From: Podarcis liolepis
Taxonomy: Eukaryota
Direction: 5' to 3' (one strand)
Assembly (NCBI GenBank): GCA_965112155.1
Contig: OZ218115.1
DNA length: 64,000 bases
The notes under the pieces are model-generated. The model was not told where the DNA came from. It searched no databases and worked only from the letters and a program-made list of their open reading frames with translations. Position numbers and translations under genes: made by a program. Shown here in pieces: positions 37,660 through 51,415 of this stretch (the stretch's first letter is position 1; each line of letters opens with the position of its first letter).

Positions 37660-39406
37660 ACCTTCCTTTCTCCAGGTTACATAAATAGATGGGTGGGAGG
37701 TGGTTTTGAGTGGATTTAGAGATGGGCAGCTTAAGGCAAGAAAGGGCAAGAAAGAGCTTTGCATGTGAGGTGAGCATTAACAATCTCACAAAATTTGTGT
37801 TTTGACATCAGGGGGGGAAAGAAATTGACTGATACGAACTGTACTATTCTGTAGCTTAGATCAATATTTGTTAAAAGAAGCCCCGTGGAGGCATAAAAGT
37901 CAAGGGATAAACATATAGGAAAAAAACAGAATATTAATAAGAAATACAGTTCAAGATGAACAGAGCAGAAATAAATTGGTGTTATGATTTTAAAATTGCA
38001 TTTCACAATTTAGATTAAAAACAATTCTAGAGGCCACCCTGGGAATATTCGCTAAGGAGAGTAATCTTTTCTCTTATTTTATAAATATGGTACCTAGTAA
38101 GTCACAATAACTGATATCTCTAATGATATCTTTTTAAATTTTACCTTCAAGCTATACAACGGGGAGGAATGAACATAAGGGGCCTTGAAAATTTGTTCCA
38201 ACAATTCTTTTTATGAAGCTTTGTTCCCGCACGTGTCATTCTTTGGCATCAGTGAGTCTTGTCAGCATATCTATTTATACAGTTCAAGTAGCAAATAAAT
38301 AGAATACTTGTTAAACATCACTCCCTGTAGAGAATGACTGCAAAGGTTTTAAAAAAACAAAAGACACAGACAGTAGTCTCTCATATCTAAAGGGCTCATA
38401 TTATGTTAGGTTTAATGGGGGAAAATGACTTCTTGAAGTATAACAACTGTCATTGTTCAAGTAAGATTGGGACCAATACAAACTTAACATTATTTGCAGA
38501 AATATCCATAGAGAGATTCAGTGATAGGCATATTATGTTGCTTGTAGCTGAAAATATACAGGAAATGAAAGGATCAAAAATAAATGTCACGCTGTCATGT
38601 TTGTATAAGAGATACAAATCAAAACCTGTAATACCTTGGTAAAATTATTTCAGCTTTTAAAAAGAATGATATGTCAAAATTAGAGATATAGATATGCTGC
38701 TGATACTTTACACTTATTGAGTCATATTTTCAGCCCCCTCTATCCGATACGTTCAGCATACATAAACAAAATTAAAACTAACGTCAATTCTGCCTGAACC
38801 TAAAGGGAAGCTGCTTACCAATATCGCCCACACCCTGCAGGATTGAGCCCTCCCCATAACTGCTGTTGAACAGAGGGTTCAATCTTGCAGGGAGGAGGCA
38901 CTCCTAATCTCTGTCATACTATATGATTACTAAGGAATTCAAAACCATAACTGAACATCAACACAACCCTTGCATGTTTTTGGGACAGGATCCAGGGTAG
39001 AGTGGGGAATGGTCCCCAGGTTGACCCTAGGCAGGTAAACTTAACCCCCTCCACTGGACTACAGCCATGGTGTATGTGTGCAGATCCCTAGAGGATATAT
39101 TGCAGGGCCACATAAGATTAGACGGTGGGCCAGAAACAGCCTGGGTGGGGCAGAGTACATATTTCTGACCTAAAGATGGAGAACAAGGACATGTGCCCTA
39201 TAAACCATGCATATTGACTAGACAATGTACAAAATAGAGTCAAATAAGCACATTCCTTATATCTAGTTAGAGATTAGGCACTCTGGCCAGCAAATGTGCA
39301 AAATTCCCTCTTCATAGACATACTGCATGCACGTTCTCCAAGAAGTCTGGGTATGTGCACAATTGCCAGTTGGTATGCACATTAACCACTCAGTATATGT
39401 TATGTC

Positions 39407-39408
<2 letters not shown>

Positions 39409-39441
<33 letters not shown>
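39409..39441. repeat. (AC)n microsatellite
   Basis: Directly visible. Confidence 0.95.
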
Positions 39442-39446
<5 letters not shown>

Positions 39447-40109
39447 GTGAATGGGTACGTATAGACAATTCTAAAGAACTGAAGTTCGGTATGTATCTGC
39501 CACAGATGGTCTGAAAAAGTTTATTGAATGAAAAAGTTCCCTGAATGAAAGTAAACCTATCAAAATGTATTCATGTGAAGTCAGCCTTTGTAGTGCAGTT
39601 TAATTTAAACCCCCAGGGAAGATTTGAAGTGAAAGTATGTTGATTCCTCAAGAATTGTAGGCAGCTGTTATGTTAGGAAGTTTGAGGAAACAATAGGAAT
39701 TTTAAATGCTTTCTTTGGAAAATTCAGTAAACGTGGACATTTTCCAATAGCATACTATTCCAATAAGTAGTGCAGGCAGTGAAGTCTAGTGGCATGCAAA
39801 TTACGAGATACTCGTTTTACAGATGAGAAAAGCTGCATTAGTATTTCATGTGCATTCTATTTTTAAGGAATGAATACTCAACCATTTCTTGAGGCAAACC
39901 TATATAAATTATTTAAACTTACACAAAAATTAGTTAATGTCAGTCACTCAAATCTTGAGAGACTCAACCTCATAACCATCTACAGATAGAATTGTTCTTC
40001 CCCTCAGGCAAAAGTCTGGGCAAACAGAAAAGCCTTACATTTTAACAATAAAGACCAGCAAACTTTAAGACTCTCAGAACAGCTAGCGGGGATATTGATC
40101 CCAGGACAT

Positions 40110-40830
40110 CTTGGCTGTCCTGATGGATGGCCTAGATGGAGAGCAGGGCAGCGGAACTGTGACTCCACTTCTGCTTCTTCATTGCTCAGTAGCTTTCGAT
40201 ACCACTGACCATGAAATTCCCATGCACTGACTCTATAGGATGGCTATTGAGGACCCTAATAGGGCCGTATTCTGAGAACAGAATTGAGAGACTGTGTGTC
40301 AGCTTCATCTTTGCACTATGGGGTATAACATTGACCCCAATATTATTCAATGTCTATAATGACGCCATTTAACATCTACACGACACACAGCTGTACTTCT
40401 GCATAACATGAGTCAGAAGAGGCTGTGCATGATTTGGACTGTTGTCTGGGTGCCATGGTGGATTGCATGAGGGTCAATAAGCTGATCTTGAACAATGGGA
40501 AGACTAGAGGCACTGTGAGTTGATGGCTTCCATCTCCGGGAGATTGGCCAGTTGCCTGTGGATGGGGTTGCACTCCCTCTGAAAGAACAAGTTTGGGGGT
40601 GCTCCTGCATCCATGCTTGTTGCAGTAGGCTCAGGTGTGCTGGTGTGCCAACTACAAGCTGTTCTTGGACAAGGATAGTTTGGCCACAGCGATTCATGCA
40701 CTAGTAGTCTCAAGATTTGATCACTGCAATGCAATCTATGTAGGGTTACTCTTTTGCCTGGTTTGGAAGACTACAGCAGGATGGTTGATGGGGAAACACT
40801 ATCACCAGCTGTTCTTCATTCAGCTGTCCA
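40110..40830 (+). mobile_element. Old L2 LINE RT fragment
   Basis: gctttcgataccactgaccat (AFDT.DH) and LATAIHALVVSRFDHCNAIYVGL motifs; multiple frameshifts. Confidence 0.8.
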
Positions 40831-40872
40831 GGATCTTTTCACACCAAGTGAAGATGCAGTGGGAAGCTCTAC

Positions 40873-40960
40873 TGAGTGAGTGAGTGAGTGAGTGAGCGAG
40901 CGAGCGAGCCATCCATCCATCCATCCATCCATCCATCCATCCATCCATCCATCCATCCAT
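40873..40960. repeat. Compound (GAGT)n(GAGC)n(CCAT)n microsatellite
   Basis: Directly visible. Confidence 0.95.
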
Positions 40961-41196
40961 ATTTGTGCTCCCTTCCTCATGGCCCTGATGGAACAATGCT
41001 ACATTGGGGGCATGCAGTCTTATCAATGACAAAAGAGAGAGAGGAACCCATCAATTTACATTTTGGAGACTTCCTCCTTGTCTTTTCATGTCAGCTCCCC
41101 CCTTTCTCCTATTCTAATTAGGTTGGGCAGATCAAATGAACTCAGTTCCACCTTTTTGCATATATAGTATATACACCAACATCAGCAGGTGTTTTA

Positions 41197-41925
41197 TTAG
41201 CTACGGAAACATTTGCTCTACATTTGTGGCTAAACCTTTTCAGGCACCTGATTCCAGCAGCTCAAGGTGAAGAAGTCGTTATTCACTGCCAGCCAAGAGA
41301 TGCACCAAAGGCCACTGTACTCTGGACCAAAGGGACTGAACTTCTGATCAGTAGCTGCCGCATGACTATTACTCCAGATGGTGCCTTGATCATTTAGAAT
41401 ATTAGCAAGTTGGATGAAGGGAAAGTAACCTGCTTTGCAGAGGATTTCATGGGCGAAGCATACAGCACCGAAATCCTCTCACTGTGCCACTAAAACCCGC
41501 CTTTCCCCATCCAGTGCAGACACTAATGTAGGTGAGTTTACAATCCTTCAGTGTTACACCTTTCATGACCCAACTGTGGATCTTACGTTTACCTTGTGCC
41601 TGGATGTCTTTCCTATTGGCTTATTCAAGTCTGAAGGCTGCCACCACAAGCAAGGTAGAGAATATTTGAGCTCTTTTGTTCCTGAATGCTGAGCTGAAAA
41701 GTGCTGACTCAGATAGTGGCAAACAGTGCTTTTGAGTGGCCATGCTGGCCTGAATACATTTTCCAAGTCTTCCTGGCATGACGGTGGCAAAAGACGTCAA
41801 AGACACCATTGTTGCAATTGAGCTGGAGTCAAGGCTCTGTTAATCACAGTCCTGTCACCAAATATATGCCATCCAGGCTTGTACTCCACTCCTCTCCAAA
41901 TGTGAGCAAATGTGTAGCCAACATC
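41197..41925 (+). pseudogene. CNTN2: Processed (intron-less) pseudogene fragment of contactin-2 / TAG-1 / axonin-1 (Ig5-Ig6-FN3-1)
   Basis: Manual translation across frameshifts: [83 protein letters not shown] / [44 protein letters not shown] / LNAELK / KDVKDTIV / QLSWSQGSVNHSPVTKY / IQACTP. Collinear with CNTN2 as recalled ([31 protein letters not shown]...HDPTMDLTFTWTLDDFPI...QLSWSRGFDNHSPIAKY). Stop codon at 41395-41397. Confidence 0.9.
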
Positions 41926-44900
41926 ATACCATAAATGGATTAGGTCAGCAGCATACTTTGAGTGGGGAAACCCAGTTTGCTATCTGCCAAGATCCACACA
42001 AAAGAAGCTGATTCTCCACCCCAACTCCCATTGGTGGAAAAAAGACCTTGGAGTCAACTTTAAATGGGGAGCGGGGAAACAGCAGGAAGAAAAAGGATTT
42101 TGCTGTCTTGCTTCCCCACTCCTAACACCCCACAGCTGCTTTTCATAAAAAAGGGGGTGTTAAATTGTTCTGACATGTGATATCTAATTTAGCCCCACCC
42201 ACCCGTGGTTCAAGAAAGCCTTAGGAGACCAACATAACTGATACAATAAGTTACTCTGCCCATTTGTTAGTATTGGGCCCTGACTTTGGGCTTGATATCA
42301 AGAAAAGAACCCTGGCCTCTGAAAATGGCTTGAAATCAAACCCTCTTCCCAAAAGGTCTAGGCCACTTAATATCTAGACCACAACATCTTTTTCAGAGAG
42401 CAGTGAAATTAAATGCTTCCTTTATAGCTTGAATTGCCAAGTTAACAGGAGTCACGGTTTTATCAGATCAGTGGACAGTTGTGAAGATATATAAACTAAA
42501 GATTTTATCACGTTGGGACAAATTGTCTTTTATACTGAACAGCTGGAGTACCCTTTTGAAGACAAGTATTCAATTGTCTGTTTTTCAAGGCATAGGCTTA
42601 TAGAACTTGCCACACATATTTTATCATTTTAGGCTTTTTTTTAAGGCCAGTCTTCCACAGGCACATCATTAAATTCTCCAACTGTGAATCTTTCCAGCTT
42701 ACTCTGGACATATCAATCCATCTAAGCATTTCAGGAGGGAAACGTTGCATCGCAAACCATTATGGATGTTTTCAAATGTGTGTAACTCGTTTGAGTAAAT
42801 AATGTATCAAATTGTCTTTCATTCACCGCATGGAGAAAGATCAGGGCTGGCATAGGGTGGAATGAATACTAATTGTTTATCTCTCAGCAATTACTAGAGT
42901 CAAACTGATACATTTCAGCAGCCTCAGCAGATTTACTAATGCTGTTCGCATGATCAAATAATTCCCATTAACAGTTTGAAAGTCTCAGTTTTACAAAGGC
43001 CTGGATGCCTTTTCCATGCTGTGAAAAAATAAACCCAAAAACTCAAAACAGTTTGTCAATGTTTCTGTGTAGCTTGTAAGAGGAAAAAAAGATTTACCAT
43101 AACAGGAATAGAATAATTTTGTGTCACACACTTCATTCATTAAAGCTTGTGTGGATATCTATTCAGATCTTGAGATACCAATTCAGTTACTGAGACTTAA
43201 ATATGGCTGTTGCTATGGGAAAATCTGGCCACAGATGCTGACATTGCCATGTGGGGTCCCTGAGATTAGAATTCAATCCCCAGACTCTGGCATTTGCCTA
43301 AGAAAATACATGTTCCCAATGCAGGGCAATGAATTTATCTACCACCCTAGTACCCAACACAGATCTAGCACTTGCTCCTGATCTACCGTAGCTAGTTTAA
43401 CAGATCTATTAATCCAGTTCTAGCTAGTTACAGATAAAGATGCAGTTTATATACCAGTGTAATACTTGCCACTTGACAATTTTTAAATGGAAACGGGCAT
43501 GTGATGAGCTCTTCAGTGGAATTCCATCACCAGCAGCAACACAAAACACATAGTGCCTCACTACTGCAATCCACTGTGGTCAAGAAAATTGTTGTTGTTG
43601 TTAATTTATTTAATAAATTTATATACCTGCCTTGTGCCCACATGTCTCAGGGTGGTTCACAAGATAAAAGTCGCATTACCTGGGCTTGCGCATGGCGTTT
43701 AGGACTATTATCGTTACTCGTAACTTACAAAAGATCGATCTATGAGCTCCTTTTCTCATTGTCCCGCTGGCCGTGCTGCCCACAGACAATACTAGTGGGT
43801 GAGAGAAAGACTTTTAATAATGATGTATCTTTCCCGTTCAGTTGGACCATATAATTTGTGATAATTATGTTTGTCTAGTTTGGGGAAAAGAAGATTGGAA
43901 GATTATACCCTATGTTAGACAAACAGAGCTTATCTTACCATGGAGAAAAGTACACCCACAACAGATTCAGAAACAGTGAAACAGCTAAATGACATCTCAT
44001 TTTCTTCTTTAGCCTGCAGGAATATATTTCCCCCCTTTTTAACGATGATTGAACATATTCTGTGAGCTTGTTTTTCCTCCCTCCTCCTTCTGCTCCCCCT
44101 TTTAAAGAATAAAACAGAATTTAAAAGAATAGAAGATATGATGTGTACGTATAAGTTGAAACATTTCATTGAAGTAATTTATATTAAGGCTTTGTAAAAA
44201 ATAAAATTTAAAAGGTGATTTTTAGAACACTGTTGTCATTCCTCTTTTCTCCCAGGTTCAGAGACAATATAAATCAATGCAGCTACATTGTGCTATCTTT
44301 ATATTCGCCACTCATAGAGCTGCCATTACACCAAGTTCAGGTTACATGCTGTAGGAACAGCTGGTGTAGCCTAGCGGGGCTAAGTGAGTTTCATCTGAGC
44401 CATGAACTTATCAGGTGGCATCTCAGAAGGTACCCAACTTGAGCCCAATAGGAAAGAAAAGATTCAGTGTACTTCAAGATACGGTGATTCCCACCCCCAC
44501 CCCCCGTAGCAACCAACCTGGAGAAAGACTGAAGAAAGACACAAAAAGATGGAAAGCTTCACAGATGTGTCTCTCTTCCACCTCACCCCTCCCTTGCCCT
44601 ATTCACGGCGTCCCTTCCCATCTGTCTCTTAAAATCTCTACTCCATCTTAACTCACAAAGCCCCACAACTGTTAAATCGGGTTTGCCACTTCACAACCGG
44701 TACATAATGCACCTATCTTAACATTTCACAGATGATTTCAAATACAAGAGACTGTGAGGCTTGACTGTTCCTTCCTTGGGACTGTCAGCTGCCTCCTCCG
44801 ATACCTGCTGCAGGGAACACCTGGATTCCAGATCATGACAGCAGTTGAGGCAGCAGGGGTAGTCAAAATGACCGAGTAGAGAATAGGCAGTAATAGCCAT

Positions 44901-46445
44901 CACTGTCTTCTTTCCCACTGCGTCTGGAGATATAAAGGAATGAATATGTCCAGTATCCACCTTGCAAGTACTGCTTGCAATAAATTGAATAGTGAAAGGA
45001 GTTTGTATTCCAGGAACAAACCACGGTAGGTGCCGCTGTTCTAAAGGCTTTTCCTATGCTGTGCTTGTCACATAGCCCCAGATCTGTGTTCTTGTCAATG
45101 TTGAAATCTACAGCACTCTAATTTTCAGATGAATATCCAGGGATTAAATATCAGGAGAAGACCATGAAAAATTGTCAAAATAGAGTTGCCACCTCAGGCC
45201 ACTTGTTAAGTTTATTTGTTTTACTTACTAGTTGCTTCTAAACAGTACCATATTGTTGTTTTTTTGTTTCTCTAACATTTTATGATATCAGCGCAGTCCC
45301 CACCAATGTTGGCTGGGGTGGGGCTGCACAGTCTGGCAGATTCCCAGCTATCTTCAACTATCCCTATAGCCACCTTTATGTTGTTTGCCCTGGTTAACAC
45401 CTCCACCAGTACTTTTAACTCCTTCCCTCATCCTTTCTTCATTCCTTGTTTCCATAAAATGAAAGTGAAGAAAGAAAAGAAACAATGGCTAAGCAGAACT
45501 CAAGGACTTTCGGAGAAGAGCAGTGTCGCCATCTTGTCTGGTCCACATGGGACTGTTATAGCCAGTTTAATTTAGAACAGCCCTAGGCCTGCTCTGAGGT
45601 ATGCCAGGGGCCACGTCAGGAGAGAGGATGTTGGTTCACGATTGTGCCTGGCGAAGCTGAAGATGTGTCAGATGACATACAGCAAAAATAACCACCTGAG
45701 ACATTGTTTCAGTGTTTGCAGTTCTTCAGTGACACAATGTGAATAAGGTTGCTATCTGGCAGCCCGTGCAGGTGAATCTCAGGTGTAACACTTAAAGATT
45801 AGATGTGAAAATTCATTCCTTTTTGTACCAAGTGTTACTGATGACATCAGTTGGAATTCTCAGATCAGGAGATATATTATTCAAACTAGCACAGATATAT
45901 GTTGGAGAATAAATCCCTTCTAATTACATCAGGAGTCTCTAATTGTAGGCTGTGAATTGCAGATCACCTGCTTGTGCAATTTATTTCACCATGGATCAGT
46001 TTTACTTGCAAAATTCTCCCTGTCTCAGTTTCCCAATTTTGGGTTCCCAAATTACGTGAAATTGTCTGAGGAGTGAAATTTGATTTCTGGATGATGTGGA
46101 GATTCCTTTAAGTATACATATTGCTTTAATTCCTTCAAATCATTCTTGTTTTTTTTCCTCCCACTACCTTAGCAATGAACACAAGCACAGAAAGGAAGCC
46201 TAACACACTTGTGTGCTCATCTCATTTTGTACTTTGGTTTTCATCAGCAATCCCTTGAGGAACCATGCACTGCCCATCACTTACTGCAGATCAGTAAGTC
46301 AGGAGGGGGATTGGGTCCAATGGTAGTAAATGACTATTGGAGCAAACTGTGCATATATCAGTTCCAGGATTAATTTTTCCATGTTAAATTGGAAAGACTG
46401 CATAGTAGGTTGCTAGGGCAAGAAAAGTTATGAACATCAGGGCAG

Positions 46446-46679
46446 CAGAGCTTGCAGGGCAGCAGCTGAAGGAGGAGCAAAAGAGTTTTCTTGTGTGTGT
46501 GTTTCTTGTGGCTGATTAGCTGCTCTCCCTGTGCAAAGGTCAGAGGGGGCAGGGTTTCTGTTGAGTCAGGTGATTAGCTGTGGGAGGAGCTTATCAGAGC
46601 TTGCAAGGCAGCAGCTGAAGGAGGAGCAAAAGAGTTTTCTTGTGTGTGTGTTTCTTGTGGCTTTCTTGCAGGGCAGCAA
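46446..46679. repeat. Direct repeat, 68 bp twice (period 149) plus a partial third start
   Basis: 46446-46513 versus 46595-46662, one mismatch; cttgcagggcagca recurs at ~46666. Confidence 0.85.
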
Positions 46680-48134
46680 TTTATGCCTTAGCAGGAACAC
46701 CCTGTAATTTCACCCCTTATACTTAAACTGGCTTGCTCTCCCCATTTTCCTCCGATGTACATAGCAATGCCTCCAGCCACATCTAGTCAAAACTATAGGG
46801 AAAGCCTGAGCTGAATCATAACTTTACACAGGAACAACTAGGGTGGCCAGGTTCAAAGGAGATCCTCCAAGATAGCCTAACAACTACCATGTAACATTAA
46901 TTAATTTCTATACTTGCTTATATGCATATACAGGCCATTGAGGGGATATGCAATTTATTTTCTGTGTTAATTAGAGCTCCTATTAAAAAGGACACATAAA
47001 ACATTTTCCTAGAGTCAGTCTGGGGATATTTTTTTATGCTAATACATTGGAATGACGATAGCTTCCAGGTTCACTCTTTACTTCTAATGAAAATATTATG
47101 GATACCAGTGGAGTTGTTATTTGAGATCACATCGGAGCAATTCCACACGCGTGCACCCCAATATTGATTTAGAACTGGTAAGTTCTATGGAAGCAACATT
47201 AGGGATTATTTATTAGTTGACATTCTTTTTCGTAAGATGAGTGTGCACTTGTTAACAATGATATGGAAATTTCAGACATACTCCTTAGAATTTTAAAATA
47301 GCTTATTCCCTTCCCTCCTTAGCACAATTTAAACACATAATTGCAAAGCATATGCATCTAAGATGTCCCTTGTGCACAAGTGTTGTAGATTTTCTCAAAT
47401 AGGCCAGACTGAAATACTTTTTAAAGGTATTTTACGATCAAATGATCCTGGAATCCTGGGGAACGCAGTGAGGCTCACTAGCTTCTTATAAGATTCCTTC
47501 ATTTAGGGGTCAACACTGAAAGGCACAGTAGCTGTGAACTTTACAAGCTCCACAAACCCCAACTTCTACTTTAAAAATCAAGATATTATGAATTGCAAAC
47601 AGTATTCAAAAGTGTCTTCCTTTGAATGTGTCAGCACATATGAACCGGGTATTTCTTGGAAAAAACATGCCTTGGAAAAACAGGAAAGGATGTGTAAAAT
47701 CAGATATCTTTCTCATTCCAGTGTTAAAATGGTAACTCCTTAGCAGCCAGCATGATTATTTGACATAATATCCTGAATCACACAATATGCTAAAAGTCAA
47801 GTGCTACCTTAATTTTCATAACATACATAAATTAAGTCAGTGGTAGGAAGAATACGTAATAGGGCTCAAATTTCATGGGCCCATGCATGAGCTGCAAAAC
47901 TGGCTGCCTTTTGCTTGGGGTGCATTAACTTCAGAAGTTTTATTATTGTAGCAGTCAAGAGAACAAGCTCTGCATCTTAGTTGGCCCAGGCACTATATTC
48001 TAGACCACAGCACAGCATCATTCTAGGGAAATGTGACCAGGATAAAGACTTGGTAGTCCCTATTATTTCTGCTTTTCCAAAAGATGGCAAGGCCATTGTC
48101 TATTCCCTTCTGGTACATTATTCTGTGTCTAGAC

Positions 48135-48270
48135 CAGGCATAGGCAAACTCGACCCTCCAGATGTTTTGGGATTACAACTCCGATGATCCTTAGCTAACA
48201 AGACCAGTAGTCGGGGATGATGGGAGTTGTAGTCCCAAAACATCTGGAGAGCTGAGTTTGCCTAAGCCTG
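48135..48270. mobile_element. Short palindromic hAT MITE
   Basis: Same TIRs as 27158; 8-bp TSD GTCTAGAC/GTCTACAC. Confidence 0.9.
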
Positions 48271-49467
48271 GTCTACACCCAACACACTATAGGGGGAACA
48301 AAATAGCAGCTGAGTAGCTGAAGAAGAGCTCTGCCGTTGTTGCACTGCTAACGAGGGAAGAAAACACAGAAATAGCCATAAACACAATGCAGTTAAATAT
48401 TCCTCATTTCTCACTCAGTGATATTTTTGCAAAGAGATGGATAGTCTTTGATACAAAGTGGTCTGATTTTTCTAATGTCTAAAATGTTGTTCCTCTATAA
48501 AAGTGACAGTCCAGCCTTCTGTTACTGCTGCCAAAGCATAAAACATAAAATAGCACAAAACATATAAATCAGTGCAAATGAATGAATAAATGAATAACAA
48601 ATAAATAAAACATATATCCCACTTTTTAAGGAGGATTTATATCCCACTTTTCAGGAGGAACACTCCATTAAACAGCACACAAAGTGCACATACCAAACAA
48701 GCACAAAGGACAATAGAAAACATAATTTCTTTTTTTTAAGTGTTCAAAATACTTTAACATCCTTGAGACTTCAAAATTCCATAACTCAGGTCTGTATACT
48801 GTTTCTAAAAAGTGAAAGTATCTGCATAGCCAGGTGTAAATTCACATATTTACAGCTCTTGCATAATACATTTTCTTCTTGTTCCATACAAAGTAGTGTA
48901 CACATGTACATATGCTAGATAAATCAGTAAATCAATCCTCCTTCTCTTGATTTTTATGTGACTAAAATAAATTCTAGAAAATGATATTCAGGAATATGAA
49001 GTAGGTACTCCAGGCACCAAATATTCAATAGGCATGAATTATTTTTTTTAAATATTAAAATTAGTTTGCAACTCTAAAATAAAAATCTTCTCTGTGGGAT
49101 TCCACGCCCCCCCCCCATATACTTTCATACGTAATCTATAATGTTTAAGGAAATAACCTCAAGAAAAAACACTTATTTATTTTGCATGCAAAATAATAGT
49201 ATACACATTATACCATACAAAGTTCAAGCAACCCAAAGAAAATAATTTATGTATTCATGGAACTGGGAAACTCTTTCATTCCATTCCATTCAGTCAAAGT
49301 TTATCTGTTTTCCACTGTGAGCTACTCCTATAATTCATACAGTTGCTGAGAATCTTCTTTGAAGTCATTTGCTTGAGAATGTTTTCGAGATGACATGCTA
49401 CTACTACATGATCAGCTAGTTCTTATGTGTCTGCCTCAGGGAGAAATTTCTTAAATATGTGACAGAA

Positions 49468-49740
49468 AGGGTTGCCACATTTTGAAGAGCAAAGAAGAGG
49501 ATGATATGATGACTCTCATTTTAAATACGCCTACTATATGTAGGCTATAGAAGCTGTGATACAATGCTGAGGAGGACAGGAGACAAGGAAATCAAGTCTT
49601 CAACCACTAGTTATGTCTATGTCACATCCAGAAAGTATAGCCAGAGACATTTTGGCAAATTTAAAAAATCCACCCGGACAAAAATGTTACCCCTGAAAAA
49701 GAGGACGTATTCTGGAAAAAGAGGACACATGGCAAACCTA
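49468..49740. mobile_element. Degraded hAT MITE
   Basis: agggttgcca ... tggcaaaccta ends; shares gactctcatttt and aaaagaggac motifs with the stub at 35078-35157. Confidence 0.6.
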
Positions 49741-50135
49741 ATTATACTAGCCTAAATAAATGTACATTGGAAGAAACAAATGTGTAACTTGAAAATTATA
49801 ATGAACTATTTAAACTTATCTTTCAAAACGAATGGTATGATATTGTTCTGATTCACAGGCCCAAAGGAGGGCCTGTGCAAGTAAGTTTGATGCAGGGACA
49901 CCAAATCAGTATCCCAAAAATGCAAGAGTTATTTGTTCCAGTGCTTTAATATAAGTGAAAATTTACAAAAGCCTGCAAAGCCTTTCTGGCTTGACTCAGG
50001 GCGAACACCGAAACAGCAAGCATTCGTAATGACTGTCCGCATCACGGCAAACGTTTTATGTGTTAATTGTACAGATAACATCATAGTCAGCTGTATATGT
50101 ATTAAGGTTAAAAATGGAAAGTAGCTAACTATGTA

Positions 50136-50374
50136 CAGTGGTACCTTGGGTTAAGAACGTAATTCGTTCTGGAGGTCCGTTCTTAACCTGAAACTGTTTT
50201 TAACCTGAGGTACCACTTTAGCTAATGGGGCCTCCCGCTGCCGCCGCGCCGCCGCATGATTTCTGTTCTCATCCTGAAGCAAAGTTCTTAACCCGAGGTA
50301 CTATTTCTGGGTTAGCGGAGTATGTAACCTGAAGTGTCAGTAACCTGAAGCATCTGTAACCTGAGGTACCACTG
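50136..50374. mobile_element. Tigger-like MITE (same family as 12042)
   Basis: TIR cagtggtacct / aggtaccactg, TA flanks. Confidence 0.92.
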
Positions 50375-50999
50375 TATTGCTAACAGTGGCGGGTTTCCAC
50401 AGTAGTTTTTCGATGGGATTGTACGCTCCTAAATGGGTTAATGATTACCTGTGGATTGTTTTCTGTTTGCAACCTTAGATCGGGTGACAAAGGTATTGAG
50501 TTGCCAATTTGCTATCTTGAAAAAGTGGTGGCAGCCAGTCTTTCTCTGAACAGTGACACAGAACAGAAGATGTAAATGAAGCTCTTAAGCAAAACAACTG
50601 CAGGGAAGTGGATGCTGTTAACTAAAGAGAAACATTTGTTTAAAGGTCTACTTGGAGTTACCTTTTATTTCTAAGATGCTGAGCATGTAAACACTGTATG
50701 GATGTTTTGGGTGTATCATTTACTGTATTCTGGTTTGTTTTTGAAGAGTTCTGCTAGCAAAATTTGAATAATATTTTTATGGGCCTGGACAATGATATTT
50801 GTCGGTTCTTATGTATCAAGTCATTTCAAACTGCACAATATTAATATCTGCAACACAGCTGGTCAATTAAGCCCACCTGTCTAGGCTTCCAAGCTGCACT
50901 GATAACTCCCCTCCCTAGGCCAATAGCCAAGCATCCAAGCCAACTGATAAGCACAGCATAAAAAGCAAACTAATAAGCATATAGAAAAGCAAACAGATA

Positions 51000-51250
51000 C
51001 AGTGGTACCCCGGTTTTCAAACATAATCCATCCCAGAAGACAGCTCGAGTTACGAAGCATTGGAAAACCGAACTCTCAATATGGGAGCCTCAATATGGGC
51101 AACTCAATACGGAAAACTCAACATGGAAGTTGCATGGCATGTTCAACTTCTAAGACACGTTCAAAAACCGAAGCACGTACTTCTGGGTTTACAGTGTTTG
51201 AAAGCTGAAACATTCATCAACGGAGACATTTGAAGATCGAGGTACCACTG
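51000..51250. mobile_element. Tigger-like MITE
   Basis: TIR cagtggtacc / ggtaccactg, TA flanks. Confidence 0.88.
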
Positions 51251-51415
51251 TAAACATTCTCGCAGCAAATAACAATTGGTACCAGGATTATGACTACCAA
51301 GATGGCATTTACAGGCCTTACAGAATATTTTCACCATTTGGTTCTACACAGTTATGCATATGCACAACTGCCAGCGAGCTGGCTCATTCAGCCAAACCAT
51401 GGCAAAGTGCAAATA

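Noticed and set aside
36868-37789. 162-aa and 140-aa ORFs in LTR-like copy A, and similar ORFs in copies B and C
   Set aside because: Frames are not preserved between homologous copies; no recognisable domain; expected by chance in GC-rich DNA
41435-41692. Live CNTN2 exon ending at a caag|gtagag donor-like site
   Set aside because: Homology continues on both sides without introns and contains stops and frameshifts, so it is a retro-pseudogene
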